64,000 bases of DNA. It comes from an uncultured virus (IMG/VR IMGVR_UViG_3300048587_001148). Its lineage: Duplodnaviria; Heunggongvirae; Uroviricota; Caudoviricetes. Position numbers and translations under genes: made by a program. The stretch lies in the IMG/VR virus record IMGVR_UViG_3300048587_001148. One strand, written 5' to 3'. Numbering within the stretch: the first letter of the stretch is position 1; each line of letters starts with the position of its first letter. The notes beneath the pieces were generated by a model. The model saw only the letters and a program-made list of their open reading frames with translations, was not told the DNA's origin and made no database searches. Below are positions 54,190-64,000 of the stretch, piece by piece.

Positions 54190-54993
54190 GTGCCCGCCAT
54201 CCCGGACCCGACCCCGAACCCGGGGCGCCCCGGAGGGAGGGCAGGGGGGCTGAGCGGCGGCCGGGTCTTGAGGGGCTTGAGGGGCTTGAGGGACGCTTGT
54301 TCAGCGCTGCCCTTCCTAGTGGTTCTCCCCGGGCTCTTTCTGGGCCTGCACGGGGTCTCAGCCCCGCTTTCGGCACAGGCGACGATGGGATCTCCCGTCG
54401 TCATTGTCCCGCATCGCGTCGGGCCCATCTTGCGCTGGCGTGAGGATCTGTTGGCCTTCCGGCGGAGTGTGGCTCCAGATTTTCAACCTCTGGTTTGGGA
54501 ACACTTCGCGTATCCGATCCGTCGTGCCTACCCCTTGAGTGCGTGGTCCACGCCGATGCTTATCGTCGCGGACGTCAATGGGGATCGCATGTCCGATGTG
54601 GTGGTACAGGGGGTGACCCGAGATGCAGAGCAGGTGCTCCTGTTCCGTTTTGATGACACGGCCCCTGCGCAGTGGTCGCTCGATACGGTCCGCTCCACGC
54701 CGCGGCCGCCTGTCCGTGTGCCGTTGGCCCAGAAGCGCCCCGTCCTGGTGCCCGCGCCGCCCGGTCGGTATGGCACTGACTCGACGGGGATGACACTCCT
54801 GAGCACGGGCGTCTTCTGGGTCCCGCGCAACACCCCTGGTACGCAGCTCTGGACGTGGGACCTTGCACGCCGCGCGCTGCGTGCCACCGATACTCCGGCC
54901 GCTACGTCGCAGCCGCTTCCGGACTGGTGGCCGCGCTGGCGCCGGCGAGCATTGGCGTACTGGGACCTGATGCCGCGTCCCAGTTTCCGATAA
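54190..54993 (+). CDS. Hypothetical exported protein with one FG-GAP/VCBS-like Ca-binding loop
   Basis: Hydrophobic segment then LSA-Q; ADVNGDRMSDVVV; 3' end overlaps topA convergently by 92 nt. Confidence 0.55.
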   Translation: MPAIPDPTPNPGRPGGRAGGLSGGRVLRGLRGLRDACSALPFLVVLPGLFLGLHGVSAPLSAQATMGSPVVIVPHRVGPILRWREDLLAFRRSVAPDFQPLVWEHFAYPIRRAYPLSAWSTPMLIVADVNGDRMSDVVVQGVTRDAEQVLLFRFDDTAPAQWSLDTVRSTPRPPVRVPLAQKRPVLVPAPPGRYGTDSTGMTLLSTGVFWVPRNTPGTQLWTWDLARRALRATDTPAATSQPLPDWWPRWRRRALAYWDLMPRPSFR

Positions 54994-57307
54994 ACGAACA
55001 GACAGGGTAGGTCGCGCAGCTCCAGAACCGCGCCTTGTCGGACTTCCGGCGCCGCGTGATCAGGTCGCCCTGGCAGTTCGGGCAGGCTTTGGCCCGGATG
55101 TGGGCGTCGGTGTCGGCGATGAACTTGCACCGTTCGCGATCGCTGCACGCCAGAAACCCAGAGCCTCCATCGCGATCCACGCGACGGAGCGTGCCCTTGC
55201 GACACTTGGGGCAGCTCACGGCGAGATCCTGCTGTGTGGTCCCGCCCATCTCCCGGCCCGCCATGTCCTCCGCGTGCGTACACTTCGCCTCCGGGTCATC
55301 GAAGCGCACGCACAGCCAATACTTGAATCCCTTGTTCTTCATGCTCTCGCGCTGCATCAGCGCACTCCCGCACTTGGGACACGCTCCGGCACGCATGGTG
55401 GCCCGCACGGGACGCATCATCTGGCAGGCTTCACACTTCAAGAAGGGCTTCTTGTCCTTCTTCCGCACCAGCTTGATGTACGTGGTCGTGCCGCAGCGGT
55501 CGCATGGCGTCTTGGTCGGCTCGCCGCCACCACCGCCAGACCGCACGATCCCGCGCTCGGCACAGAAGCTGGCCACGGCCGGGCCCGCCCGGTCGAGCTT
55601 GGCGCGGAAGTCCGCATACCACTCACCCAGGTAGCTTGCCCGCGAGAGGTTGTCTCCGCTTTCGATGCGGTCGAGCGCGTCCTCCATGGTGGCCGTGTAG
55701 CTCGACTCGATCAGTTCCGGGAAGACCGCCAGCAGGAGATCGTCGACCTCGAGCCCCTTGTCGGTCGCGCGCAAGACCTTCTTGTTGCCCTTGCCTCGGC
55801 CGTCCATCTCCTCGATGTATCCCCGAGACAGGAGCGTCTGCATGATCATCGCGTAGGTGGAGGGGCGCCCGACCCCTGCGCTCTCCAGTTCCTTGATCAG
55901 GGCAGCGTCATCGTAGCGCGACGGCGGCGTGGTCTTCTTCTCTTCCTGGGTGATCTCCGGCGTCGGCAGGGTCTCTCCCGCTCGTGTCGCCGGCAAGAGC
56001 ACGTCATCCTGGCGCGCGTAGGGACCCCAGATCTCGAGGAACCCCGGCACCACCACGACGGCGCCCTTGGCCACCCACGTGGTGTCGCCCGCGGTGATCG
56101 TGACCTGGGTCCGGTCGATCGTCGCGGGCTTGCACTGGCTCGCGAGATACCGTGCGCGTACGAGGTCGTACAGCGGCTTCAGGTTGTGTGGCGGCTGCAC
56201 AGTGTCCGAGAGTGCGGTCGGCCGGAGGGCTTCGTGGGCATCCTGGGCGCCCGACTTGCCGCGCCCCTTCGGGGCCTGCGCCGGGGCAGCCTGTGGATGG
56301 TGCGTCTGCAGCCAGGCGTTTGTTTTCGCCGCAAATTCCGGATCCACGCGCGGGGAGTCCGTGCGGTGGTATGTGATGAAGCCGCCCTCGAACAGCTGCT
56401 GGAGTGCCGCGGCCGTGGCGGCGGTGTTCAGACCGAGCTTCCGACTCGCATCCTGATAGCAGGTCGAGGTGATGTAGGGCGGCGGCGGGCGCTTCGTGTC
56501 GGCCGCGCGCAAGACATCCGTGACCTGGTGGGGGGCGGCCAGGGCGGCATCGCGGTAGGCGGCGGCTTCCGCGGCACTCGCGAACCGTCGCGGGACGGCG
56601 CGTCGCTCATGCTGTTCCTCGGGGGTCGCTTCGGTACCGGCATCGGCGTCCGGCTCGCCCGGGTCGGCCTCGCCCGCGTCTGCGCCGGCCGAGACATCGG
56701 GCGCGAACGCCACGAGGCCGTTGGCGTAGCTTGCCTCGAGCGACCAGAAGGGCTTCGCCACGAACCCACGAATCGCGCGCTCCCGGCGACACACCAGGTG
56801 GAGCGCCGGGCTCTGCACGCGCCCAGCGGATTGCGCATTGGCCGGCCAGCAGACCTCCTCTGACACGATGAAGCCGACCAGGCGATCGAGCACACGTCGT
56901 GCGCGCTGCGCATCGACACGGTCCAGGGCAATACGTCGGGGCGACGCGATCGCCGCGCGTAGTGCCTCTGGTGTGACCTCGCCATATTCGATGCGCTCGG
57001 CGTTGGCTGGCTTGATCCCGAGGGCGCGAGCCAGGTGCCATGCGATCGCTTCCCCCTCACGGTCCCGGTCGGAGGCGAGGAGGATGCGCTTGTGGCTCTT
57101 CGCCAAGGCTCGCAGGCGCGCAATCTGGTCGGGCTTGGAGAAGGCGTACTCCTCCTCGAACGTCTCGAGGTTGACGCCGAGACTCTTGGGGGGGAGATCG
57201 GCGATGTGACCGACCGATGCCTGAACCGTGAAGTCCGATCCCAGATACTTCTGGATGGTCTTCGCCTTGTTGGGCGACTCAACGATGATGAGGGTCTTGT
57301 CGCTCAT
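54902..57307 (-). CDS. topA: Type IA DNA topoisomerase with C-terminal zinc ribbons, 801 aa
   Basis: IVESPNKAKTI, DRDREGEAI, SAGRVQS, catalytic ITYHRTDS, AQDAHEALRPT, GVGRPSTYA, multiple CxxC. Confidence 0.95.
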   Translation of the reverse strand: MSDKTLIIVESPNKAKTIQKYLGSDFTVQASVGHIADLPPKSLGVNLETFEEEYAFSKPDQIARLRALAKSHKRILLASDRDREGEAIAWHLARALGIKPANAERIEYGEVTPEALRAAIASPRRIALDRVDAQRARRVLDRLVGFIVSEEVCWPANAQSAGRVQSPALHLVCRRERAIRGFVAKPFWSLEASYANGLVAFAPDVSAGADAGEADPGEPDADAGTEATPEEQHERRAVPRRFASAAEAAAYRDAALAAPHQVTDVLRAADTKRPPPPYITSTCYQDASRKLGLNTAATAAALQQLFEGGFITYHRTDSPRVDPEFAAKTNAWLQTHHPQAAPAQAPKGRGKSGAQDAHEALRPTALSDTVQPPHNLKPLYDLVRARYLASQCKPATIDRTQVTITAGDTTWVAKGAVVVVPGFLEIWGPYARQDDVLLPATRAGETLPTPEITQEEKKTTPPSRYDDAALIKELESAGVGRPSTYAMIMQTLLSRGYIEEMDGRGKGNKKVLRATDKGLEVDDLLLAVFPELIESSYTATMEDALDRIESGDNLSRASYLGEWYADFRAKLDRAGPAVASFCAERGIVRSGGGGGEPTKTPCDRCGTTTYIKLVRKKDKKPFLKCEACQMMRPVRATMRAGACPKCGSALMQRESMKNKGFKYWLCVRFDDPEAKCTHAEDMAGREMGGTTQQDLAVSCPKCRKGTLRRVDRDGGSGFLACSDRERCKFIADTDAHIRAKACPNCQGDLITRRRKSDKARFWSCATYPVCSFIGNWDAASGPSTPMLAGASAATSPEAAAT

Positions 57308-57392
57308 GCGGGTGCGCGGGTGTGGGTCATGGTCCGCACCATACGCGACTCAGGGGGGTCTTTGCCAAGTCCAGAGTGCCTTGGTGTACCCC

Positions 57393-58601
57393 TTACGGGC
57401 TGAGCTGCTCGCGGATGAATCGAATGCGGGGGGTCGCGTGGCGCAGCACGACGACCTCCTGGGGCAGGGTGCCCCGCCCGGCGCGGAGGTCGTAGCGTGC
57501 AATGGCGGCGATGCCGGCGGCCTGGGCGGCATCAAGGAAAGCGTGGTGGCCCGAGTCATCTTGCCGCGCCGCCTGCTGCCAGAGGTGAAATTTTCGCTGC
57601 TCTTCGGCTCGATCGGGGCGTCCCAGACTGAGAATCTCCGTGGGGCGCAGTGCAATCGCCGCCACAAGGCCGAGGGGATGGCCATGCCCCCCCCACTGTA
57701 GGGTGGGGTCGTCGACGAGGGGGTACAGGGGGATCCCCGGCCAGTTGTCCGGTACGGGAAGTGTGGTATTGGTCCAGGCCGCGCGCATGGCGTGTGCCCG
57801 ATCGGCAGGCCCTAACGGGTAGATCATCGGCCAGGGCGTCCCGCCGGCCTGCTCGGCTTCGCTTTGCATCTGGGCGGCAGTCGCCACAAGGGTACCGCTC
57901 GGCGGAAGGCGGTGTGTGGCTGGCGGAACGGGGCGGAGATAGGTGATAAGGTCGTCGAGGGGGTAGTGGCTCGTGTCCCAGGCCGCCTGTGCCTTGTGGC
58001 ACGCCGTCAGCTGCTCCACAACCTGGTCCGGCCGGTACATCAAGGGAAGATTGGGGGTCGTGTCCCAGTCTCCCTGGGAGCCCGCTCCCCACGCCCGGCG
58101 CAGTGCCTCCCGGGCAAGCGCGGCTTCCGCCCCGGTGGTGGTTGCCGACTGCTGCAGCCGCGCGAGTGCATGCGCCCACTCGCCGATGGTGTCGTTCATC
58201 GGGGGTGGGGGCTCGTCCCAGAACGAGGCGGACAGGGGAGGGGGAGGGGTCTGCTCCAGCACGTCCGTGACCCGCGCGAGCACCTCCAAGCGTGGGGGGC
58301 GCCGATCCGCCGGGAGTGTCCTCGCGTCGGCTTCGGCGATGGCCATCCGTTGTACCCTGGCGGCTTCGGCGAGAACCGCCGTGGCCGCATCGTGGGGGAT
58401 CAAGCCCTCCCAGGACGCGAGCCGGCGCTCCCAGTCCTCGCGCAGTGGAAGGTCCATTTGAAGATATGTTGCTACGATGAGCGGGGGTACGAGGGCAGCC
58501 CGATGGTCCAGCGCACCCTCAGCGCGCGCCGTATTGCCTTCCGGCTGCAGGAGCTCCTGCATGAGTGCATGCAGGTTCTCCTGGGCATTTCTTTGTTCCA
58601 T
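57393..58601 (-). CDS. Hypothetical protein, 402 aa
   Basis: Start overlaps the UvrD stop (TGATG); GGAG upstream. Confidence 0.7.
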   Translation of the reverse strand: MEQRNAQENLHALMQELLQPEGNTARAEGALDHRAALVPPLIVATYLQMDLPLREDWERRLASWEGLIPHDAATAVLAEAARVQRMAIAEADARTLPADRRPPRLEVLARVTDVLEQTPPPPLSASFWDEPPPPMNDTIGEWAHALARLQQSATTTGAEAALAREALRRAWGAGSQGDWDTTPNLPLMYRPDQVVEQLTACHKAQAAWDTSHYPLDDLITYLRPVPPATHRLPPSGTLVATAAQMQSEAEQAGGTPWPMIYPLGPADRAHAMRAAWTNTTLPVPDNWPGIPLYPLVDDPTLQWGGHGHPLGLVAAIALRPTEILSLGRPDRAEEQRKFHLWQQAARQDDSGHHAFLDAAQAAGIAAIARYDLRAGRGTLPQEVVVLRHATPRIRFIREQLSP

Positions 58602-60658
58602 CAGGCATGGCTCCAGCTATTCCCCATTTCGCGAATATGCCACCGCTCTGGAAGAACAGCAAGGAACCTGCTCGGCAGTAGGGGGCGACCGCTCGCTTCT
58701 CTGTCGTCTCGCTGATGAGACCATGAGATGGTGAGGCCATCCATGGCCCGTGTGGCGGCGACGTACCATAGGCGCGCCTCCTCCCCGAGCTGTGCACCGG
58801 CGGCTGCGGGGAGCACCCCTTCCTCCGCCCCAATGAGGTACACCCGGCGCGCCTCGAGCCCCTTCGCGCCGTGGATAGTCATCAGGCGAACGGCGCCCAG
58901 GTCATCGTCCGCGTCGCGCCCACAGCGCACCGCCCATTCGTCGGTTGAGCCGAGGGCTAGATGGGTCAAGAAGGCGTCCAGCGGTACTGTTTCGTGGGGG
59001 GCGGGTGCCCACCGTGCAGCAATTGTTTCCAGCGCCTCGATGTCTCGGAGGCCTCGCTCTGCCTGCCAGTAGGCTGATGCGTCGTCTGCTTCCTCCGCTG
59101 ACGCCATCGCGGCAATCAGCCGCGGGCGAGACTGGCTCAGCTCAATGGCCAGCTGGACGGTCTCCTCAACCGGGAGGTGCCGTCGCGCCTCGAGCTGGAC
59201 AATGTCATGCCCCAGCTGGACGAGCGAGGCGGCGGCGCGATGGGAGACCCCCGTGAGGTGGCCCGCTCCGATGCATGCTCGACCAATGCTGACGCCGAGG
59301 CCCTCACCGGAATGGAGGACACGTCCGAGGGTACGGGGTCCGACGGCGGCAAGTTCATCCACCAGTTGGAGGAGGGCGTCGCGATCGTGCGGAAACGCGG
59401 CGAGCCTGAGGCGGCAGAGGCTTCCCCGCACGCCGATGCGTTCATAGAATGGGGCACCGCTGGCGACGGTGCAGGGGACACCATGGCGAAGGAAGGCTTG
59501 TTCGACCTGGTGCATGACGGCGTGTGTGCGTCCGAGGACCAGGATGTCGCTGGCGGAGTCCACCGTGCCGAGGCGAAGCTGTTCTCCGATGTCATGCGCA
59601 AGTGCATCCGCTTCACTGACCGCGTCGGTATGCTGTAGCACTCGCACCTTTTCGCCGTCGAGGCGTGCCGTGTGCGCGTCCTTGTCCAGTGCCTCGTGGT
59701 CGCCGGCGCGGAGCCCCGCTTCACCACACGCAAGGATCGCCGGCGTGCAGCGATAGTTGGTGGCCAGATTGATCGTCGTGGTGCCCGGGAACCGCTGAGC
59801 AAAAGATCGTATCTGCTCAACCGATGCCCCGCGCCACTGATAAATGGCCTGCGCGTCGTCACCCACAACGCAGAGGTTGCCATGGTGGCCGGCCCACCAC
59901 TGCAGCAGGGCGTCCTGGAGGGGGTCTGTGTCCTGGTATTCGTCCACCATGATGTACCGCCACCGCAGGGCCCATCGTGTTGCCAGCGCTGTATCCGCGG
60001 CCGCAAGTGCCACTGGCAGGGCGAGGAGGTCATCCAGGTCGAGGAGGCCGGCCTCGCGCAGGCCAGATTGGTAGGCCTGCAGCGCGCTCGCCACCGCTTC
60101 GGCAGGTGCGTCATCAGGGAGCTCCGGTAGCGGCAGGCCGCGCCCATCGCGGTAGCTTTCGAGGAGCTGGGGATCGCAGACTCCCGCACGCACCGCGGGG
60201 AGGTGTGTGTTCGCCCAGGTCGCCTTCGCCCCCCGAAGCCAGGTGTGGAGGGTTCCCCCTTTGGCAAACGCGGTATGACGCGGCAACTCTGCCTGTAGCT
60301 GTCGCAGGCGAGCCCGTTGCGCATGGTCATCGATAATGCCGAGCCGATCTTCGAGTCCATCCGATGTGGGGATAGCTTCGCGAATCAGTCGCCAACCGAG
60401 CTCGTGGAAGGTGCCAATCATGGCGCGGTCGGCCAGATCAGTGCCGATGAGCGCGCGCAGTCGATCGCGAAGCTCCCCGGCAGCCTTCCGCGTGAAGGTG
60501 ATGGCGAGGACTTCCTCGGGGGCAGCAAGCCCCTCGCTGATGAGGCGGCGCATGCGCTCGATCAGCACTCGGGTTTTTCCAGAGCCCGCGCCAGCAAGGA
60601 CCAAGACGGGGCCCTCGGTGGCAAGGACGGCGCGTGCCTGCGCATCATTCAGCGCCAT
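58601..60658 (-). CDS. UvrD/PcrA/Rep-family SF1A helicase, 685 aa
   Basis: [60 protein letters not shown]. Confidence 0.95.
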   Translation of the reverse strand: MALNDAQARAVLATEGPVLVLAGAGSGKTRVLIERMRRLISEGLAAPEEVLAITFTRKAAGELRDRLRALIGTDLADRAMIGTFHELGWRLIREAIPTSDGLEDRLGIIDDHAQRARLRQLQAELPRHTAFAKGGTLHTWLRGAKATWANTHLPAVRAGVCDPQLLESYRDGRGLPLPELPDDAPAEAVASALQAYQSGLREAGLLDLDDLLALPVALAAADTALATRWALRWRYIMVDEYQDTDPLQDALLQWWAGHHGNLCVVGDDAQAIYQWRGASVEQIRSFAQRFPGTTTINLATNYRCTPAILACGEAGLRAGDHEALDKDAHTARLDGEKVRVLQHTDAVSEADALAHDIGEQLRLGTVDSASDILVLGRTHAVMHQVEQAFLRHGVPCTVASGAPFYERIGVRGSLCRLRLAAFPHDRDALLQLVDELAAVGPRTLGRVLHSGEGLGVSIGRACIGAGHLTGVSHRAAASLVQLGHDIVQLEARRHLPVEETVQLAIELSQSRPRLIAAMASAEEADDASAYWQAERGLRDIEALETIAARWAPAPHETVPLDAFLTHLALGSTDEWAVRCGRDADDDLGAVRLMTIHGAKGLEARRVYLIGAEEGVLPAAAGAQLGEEARLWYVAATRAMDGLTISWSHQRDDREASGRPLLPSRFLAVLPERWHIREMGNSWSHA

Positions 60659-60715
60659 GCCGACTCGCTTTGTGTATGTTCGTCATGCACCCCGCCACCG
60701 CGGCGGGGTACTGGT

Positions 60716-61780
60716 TTACTTCCTGCTGGTCGCGCGTTCCGCCTGCAGCGAGACCGTCAGGGTCGGCGTGTCGCCACCCGGCCACGTGAGTGTCATCGAC
60801 GGCCCCCGTACGCCCTCTGTGGCTGTCAGGGGGATCGTCACGATCTGTTGCTCGCGTGTCGCGCGGAGGTGGGCTACTGTCCGGTATCCCTTCTCCGCAC
60901 CCAGCCAGAGTACGCGAGTTAGGTCGGTCTCGTTGCCCACCTGCCGGATCAGCCACTGACCCTTGCCGTCCGGCACGTCAACGAGCGGAACGGCGGCAAC
61001 GATGTCGGTATTGAGGTCGTACGTCCCCGATTGCGCGATTCGCTTGACATCACGCCATCCCAGTCGGGCAAGCGCCGTGGTGCTGAAGACATCCTCGCTC
61101 GCTTCTGGGAGGACGCCGCGCTCGTCGGCATTGAGTCCCCAGCCAACACTGAGCGAGCGCACCATCTCGCGACCGATCAGCGATTGTCCCGGATCGCCCA
61201 GATGGATGACCCAGGCGCCACGCACCCGCATATCACCGCGGCTGGTCTTGACCTTGCCGAGGTCATCGGGGATATACACCGACCGCATAGGCATTCGTGG
61301 GTCGTCGATCGCGATGATCAGCGCGTCAATGATGCCGTCGTCGTCTGCGGACGCCGGGAGGCCGTCCACGCCGTCGTTGTCATACCGGGCAAAGTCGATC
61401 TGGGAGGCGTGCTCGGCCAGGAGGTTACGAATGAGCTTGGTCGTTGCTTTCCGCTGCCGCATGGGGTCGAGCCCCTTCGGGTTCGCAACATCCACCATGA
61501 TCGGGGCAATGTCCGCTTCCCAGCGGAACGTGCCCTGGCTGGCGATCCAGAGGTAGCTCGTTACCGAGGCCTCCGGGCTCGTCCCGGGACTCCCCGGTGA
61601 TCCCACGAGTGACCGGAACATTGCGTCGGTGCTCCAGGTGGGCGTGACCTCGCCCTGGACCACGGGAAGGATGACTCCCCGCACCACCCCTCGCGAGGGG
61701 AGAGGGGCACCGCTGATCTGCTGCCCGGCCAAGGGATGCGTCACCAGGGCCAGGGCAAGGAGGGGGGTCGCGTGTCGCAT
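60716..61780 (-). CDS. Exported immune-inhibitor-A/M6-like protein lacking HEXXH, about 354 aa
   Basis: SVTSY...SQG, IDFARYDNDG.DG....DDDGIID, LGW; REMVR at the expected zinc-motif position. Confidence 0.6.
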   Translation of the reverse strand: MRHATPLLALALVTHPLAGQQISGAPLPSRGVVRGVILPVVQGEVTPTWSTDAMFRSLVGSPGSPGTSPEASVTSYLWIASQGTFRWEADIAPIMVDVANPKGLDPMRQRKATTKLIRNLLAEHASQIDFARYDNDGVDGLPASADDDGIIDALIIAIDDPRMPMRSVYIPDDLGKVKTSRGDMRVRGAWVIHLGDPGQSLIGREMVRSLSVGWGLNADERGVLPEASEDVFSTTALARLGWRDVKRIAQSGTYDLNTDIVAAVPLVDVPDGKGQWLIRQVGNETDLTRVLWLGAEKGYRTVAHLRATREQQIVTIPLTATEGVRGPSMTLTWPGGDTPTLTVSLQAERATSRK

Positions 61781-61813
61781 GGGTACAGGAAGGCGGGGGA
61801 GGCCCACTCTCGC

Positions 61814-63076
61814 CTACCCGGCCCGTTGGAGGCCTGAGTGGTCGCAGAGACTCGCCAGGGCGAGCTCTGCCAGCCGCTGCTCTGGGTGCCCCAGGAGGCT
61901 GGCCCGTGTCGCGGGGAGGGTGTGGAGCCCGTACTCGAGGAAGTCCTCCAGTGGCTCGTCCCAGAGATCCGCCTGGGCGATGGCCTCGACGGCCTGGGCG
62001 ATGTCTCGATCACCCATGGTCGGGTCCCATAGGGGGATCAGGGGAACCGCTTGAATGCTTCCCGCATACGATGCCCCGATACACCAGGCGGATTCATTGT
62101 GCCATCGCCGTGTGGCCCCCGGGTTATCGTTTCGCTGCGGCCCCCAGCCTAGCGCCCGGCGCGTGCCCAGGATGAGCGCATAAATGCCGTCGGCGGACCT
62201 CCTGGTGCCCGGATCCATCCGCTCGGCTTCCGCCGCGAGACTGTCCAGGTCGCTCCAGCAACACGCGGGGGAGAGGGCGGCGCCGGCCAGGAGCTCGCAC
62301 ATGGCCGAGCCGGCGTCATCGCCTGCACCCCGGTGAACGGCGTGGAGTGCATCGTGCCAGTCCAACGGTGTGCCTCGCTCCTGAAGCTGTGTAATCGCAG
62401 CGCGGAGCGCGTAGGGGCATCCCGCCGCACTCCTACCGGCCAGGTACTCAATCTCCTCCACAGCCGGTGTATCGGTTGCTCCTTCGAGCCATCGAAAGTG
62501 GGCGGTCCAGGCAAGGTCGGAGCTTCCCTCTGCTTCGCTCGCGGCAATCATCCCGCGCGCCGTGGTGATGGGCGGCGCCCCGTCCGGGATGAGGAAGTCG
62601 TGCTTGATCGCGTTGGACCGGGCGTAACCGTGTACCGTCTCCCTGCTGCAGTGGGGGTATGCGGTCGCCAGGCGATCGCTCCAGGCGTCGATTGTCTCCT
62701 TGCTTGAGGCTACCTCAACGTAGATCTTGGCATGCGCGAGTGGGATCGGACTCAGGAAGTATCGTAGTGTCGTTGCGTACGACTCGACGGTCTCACCGCG
62801 TTCGAGGTTGCGCCGAATCACTGCGTGGTACCAGGCGCGCAGTGTCGCTTCGGGGAGGCCAACCGGTGCGGGCGTCAGGGCGTTTCCGTGAGTGATGCGG
62901 TACGGCATTCCGTGGATATGCCTGCGCATGGCCTCGAGGTCACCCTGCCATGCTGCCTGTGCCGCCGCGGCATAGTGTGCCGCGGAGAGAGCGTACATCG
63001 AATCGTCGCGCGTCGCGCCCGCCCCCTCGGGGGAAGGCAACATTTTCCAGAGCGGGTTCACCGGCGCGCCAGTCAT
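61814..63076 (-). CDS. Hypothetical helical protein, 420 aa
   Basis: Long ORF; TACAGT 6 nt upstream of ATG. Confidence 0.7.
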   Translation of the reverse strand: MTGAPVNPLWKMLPSPEGAGATRDDSMYALSAAHYAAAAQAAWQGDLEAMRRHIHGMPYRITHGNALTPAPVGLPEATLRAWYHAVIRRNLERGETVESYATTLRYFLSPIPLAHAKIYVEVASSKETIDAWSDRLATAYPHCSRETVHGYARSNAIKHDFLIPDGAPPITTARGMIAASEAEGSSDLAWTAHFRWLEGATDTPAVEEIEYLAGRSAAGCPYALRAAITQLQERGTPLDWHDALHAVHRGAGDDAGSAMCELLAGAALSPACCWSDLDSLAAEAERMDPGTRRSADGIYALILGTRRALGWGPQRNDNPGATRRWHNESAWCIGASYAGSIQAVPLIPLWDPTMGDRDIAQAVEAIAQADLWDEPLEDFLEYGLHTLPATRASLLGHPEQRLAELALASLCDHSGLQRAG

Positions 63077-63099
63077 GGGCCCACTGTACAGGGCACATG

Positions 63100-64000
63100 T
63101 CAGGGTGGCAAAGCCCCTCGTCGCGCATTCTGCTCGACCGCCTTCATGCAGGCCGTGAAGGCGGAGTCGCTCTTGAAGGTGGTCTTCGTGCCGGGCACCC
63201 TTGGGCCATTGACGAGTCTCGCCGAGTCCATGCTAACCCGCTTCCGACAGAAGAGGCCGACGGCGTCGTCCAGGGCGAGTGTGGTGTTCGTTCCACGGCT
63301 CCCCGTGCGGAATTGCCGCCGCTGGGCGTCGTTCAGCCAGGTGGTGCGTTCACTCGAGTTCTGGGTGGGAGGGGGTGCCGGTGGGTTGCTCTGCGTGGTG
63401 CCGACCGGAGCCGGGGCCCCGCGGGTCCTCCCTGGGGAGACGACGGCCTGGCCGGGGCGCTCCAGGGGTGCCACCAGTTCTGCGGCGCGTTCCGCCTCTG
63501 TGGTCCGCATCTGTTGCTGGGCGAGCGGGTTTTTGTCGTCACACCCCCCACCGGTGAGCGCCTCGCACAGCTGATCGGCTCGCAGAACGTCATCGGTGCC
63601 TGCGATATAACGAATAACCGACGGTAGCTTGGTGGAATCCGGCGGTGTGATGTCTCCGCAGGCCTTGAGGCCACCACAGTGGCCCACCACGCGGATGACC
63701 GCTTCGATCCATTCGATGTCGCCGCCGCTCTGTGGGATGCATGTCGCTGTGTTGCAACTACTCTGCACGACCGGGCCGTAGGCGCCGTCGTCGACCGCCT
63801 CAAAGCCGGCCGCCAGCTCTGACCCCCCTGGGAAGTGGCTCTGAAACCCCTGCCGTTGATCCGAATAGAAGCGCTTGCGCACCTCCCCGACGATCTTGCG
63901 CTGCAGGAAGGGGCGTCGGATCACGCACCCAGGGACACCGTTGCCGCAGGGTGACTCTCGAAAATCAAGCAGCCATCCACCGCGGAGCTCGAAGTCGAAG
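63100..64000 (-). CDS. Hypothetical Cys-containing protein, 5' end outside the window
   Basis: Frame of ORF 63100-63924 stays open to the window edge (FDFELRGGWLLDFRESPCGNGVPGCV...). Confidence 0.6.
   Translation of the reverse strand, partial: FDFELRGGWLLDFRESPCGNGVPGCVIRRPFLQRKIVGEVRKRFYSDQRQGFQSHFPGGSELAAGFEAVDDGAYGPVVQSSCNTATCIPQSGGDIEWIEAVIRVVGHCGGLKACGDITPPDSTKLPSVIRYIAGTDDVLRADQLCEALTGGGCDDKNPLAQQQMRTTEAERAAELVAPLERPGQAVVSPGRTRGAPAPVGTTQSNPPAPPPTQNSSERTTWLNDAQRRQFRTGSRGTNTTLALDDAVGLFCRKRVSMDSARLVNGPRVPGTKTTFKSDSAFTACMKAVEQNARRGALPP

Noticed and set aside
1..64000. tRNA, rRNA, att sites, transposases, phage structural genes
   Set aside because: None recognised by eye. Small structured RNAs cannot be excluded without a covariance-model search.

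Overview
High-GC window that looks like part of a large conjugative element (plasmid or ICE) from a diderm bacterium; a Gemmatimonadota-like host is a weak inference. The left 16.6 kb is a head-to-tail, minus-strand array of 18 paralogous genes (200-343 aa) from a family I do not recognise. Every copy has a conserved N-terminus (LVxDPxLRxxLRxLYP), an internal [AG]DG[TSV] motif and an invariant C-terminal W-x-G-H-x-H-P-x-L-A-x-x-G, around a highly variable middle. Two subfamilies are interleaved, many genes are translationally coupled, several sub-operons start with a -10 box just before the ATG, and the array probably runs off the left edge. To its right lie an exported 808-aa protein, a candidate oriT, two replication-relaxation-like genes and two divergent VirD4-like coupling proteins. 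Next is a divergent type IV secretion operon: AIM24, M23, zincin, VirB2/3/4, four exported proteins, VirB6/8/9/10-like and OmpA. The right end carries DNA-processing cargo (RecD2, type IA topoisomerase, UvrD) and hypothetical genes. No rRNA, tRNA, CRISPR array, integrase or transposase was seen. All family calls come from motifs read by eye, not from database searches.
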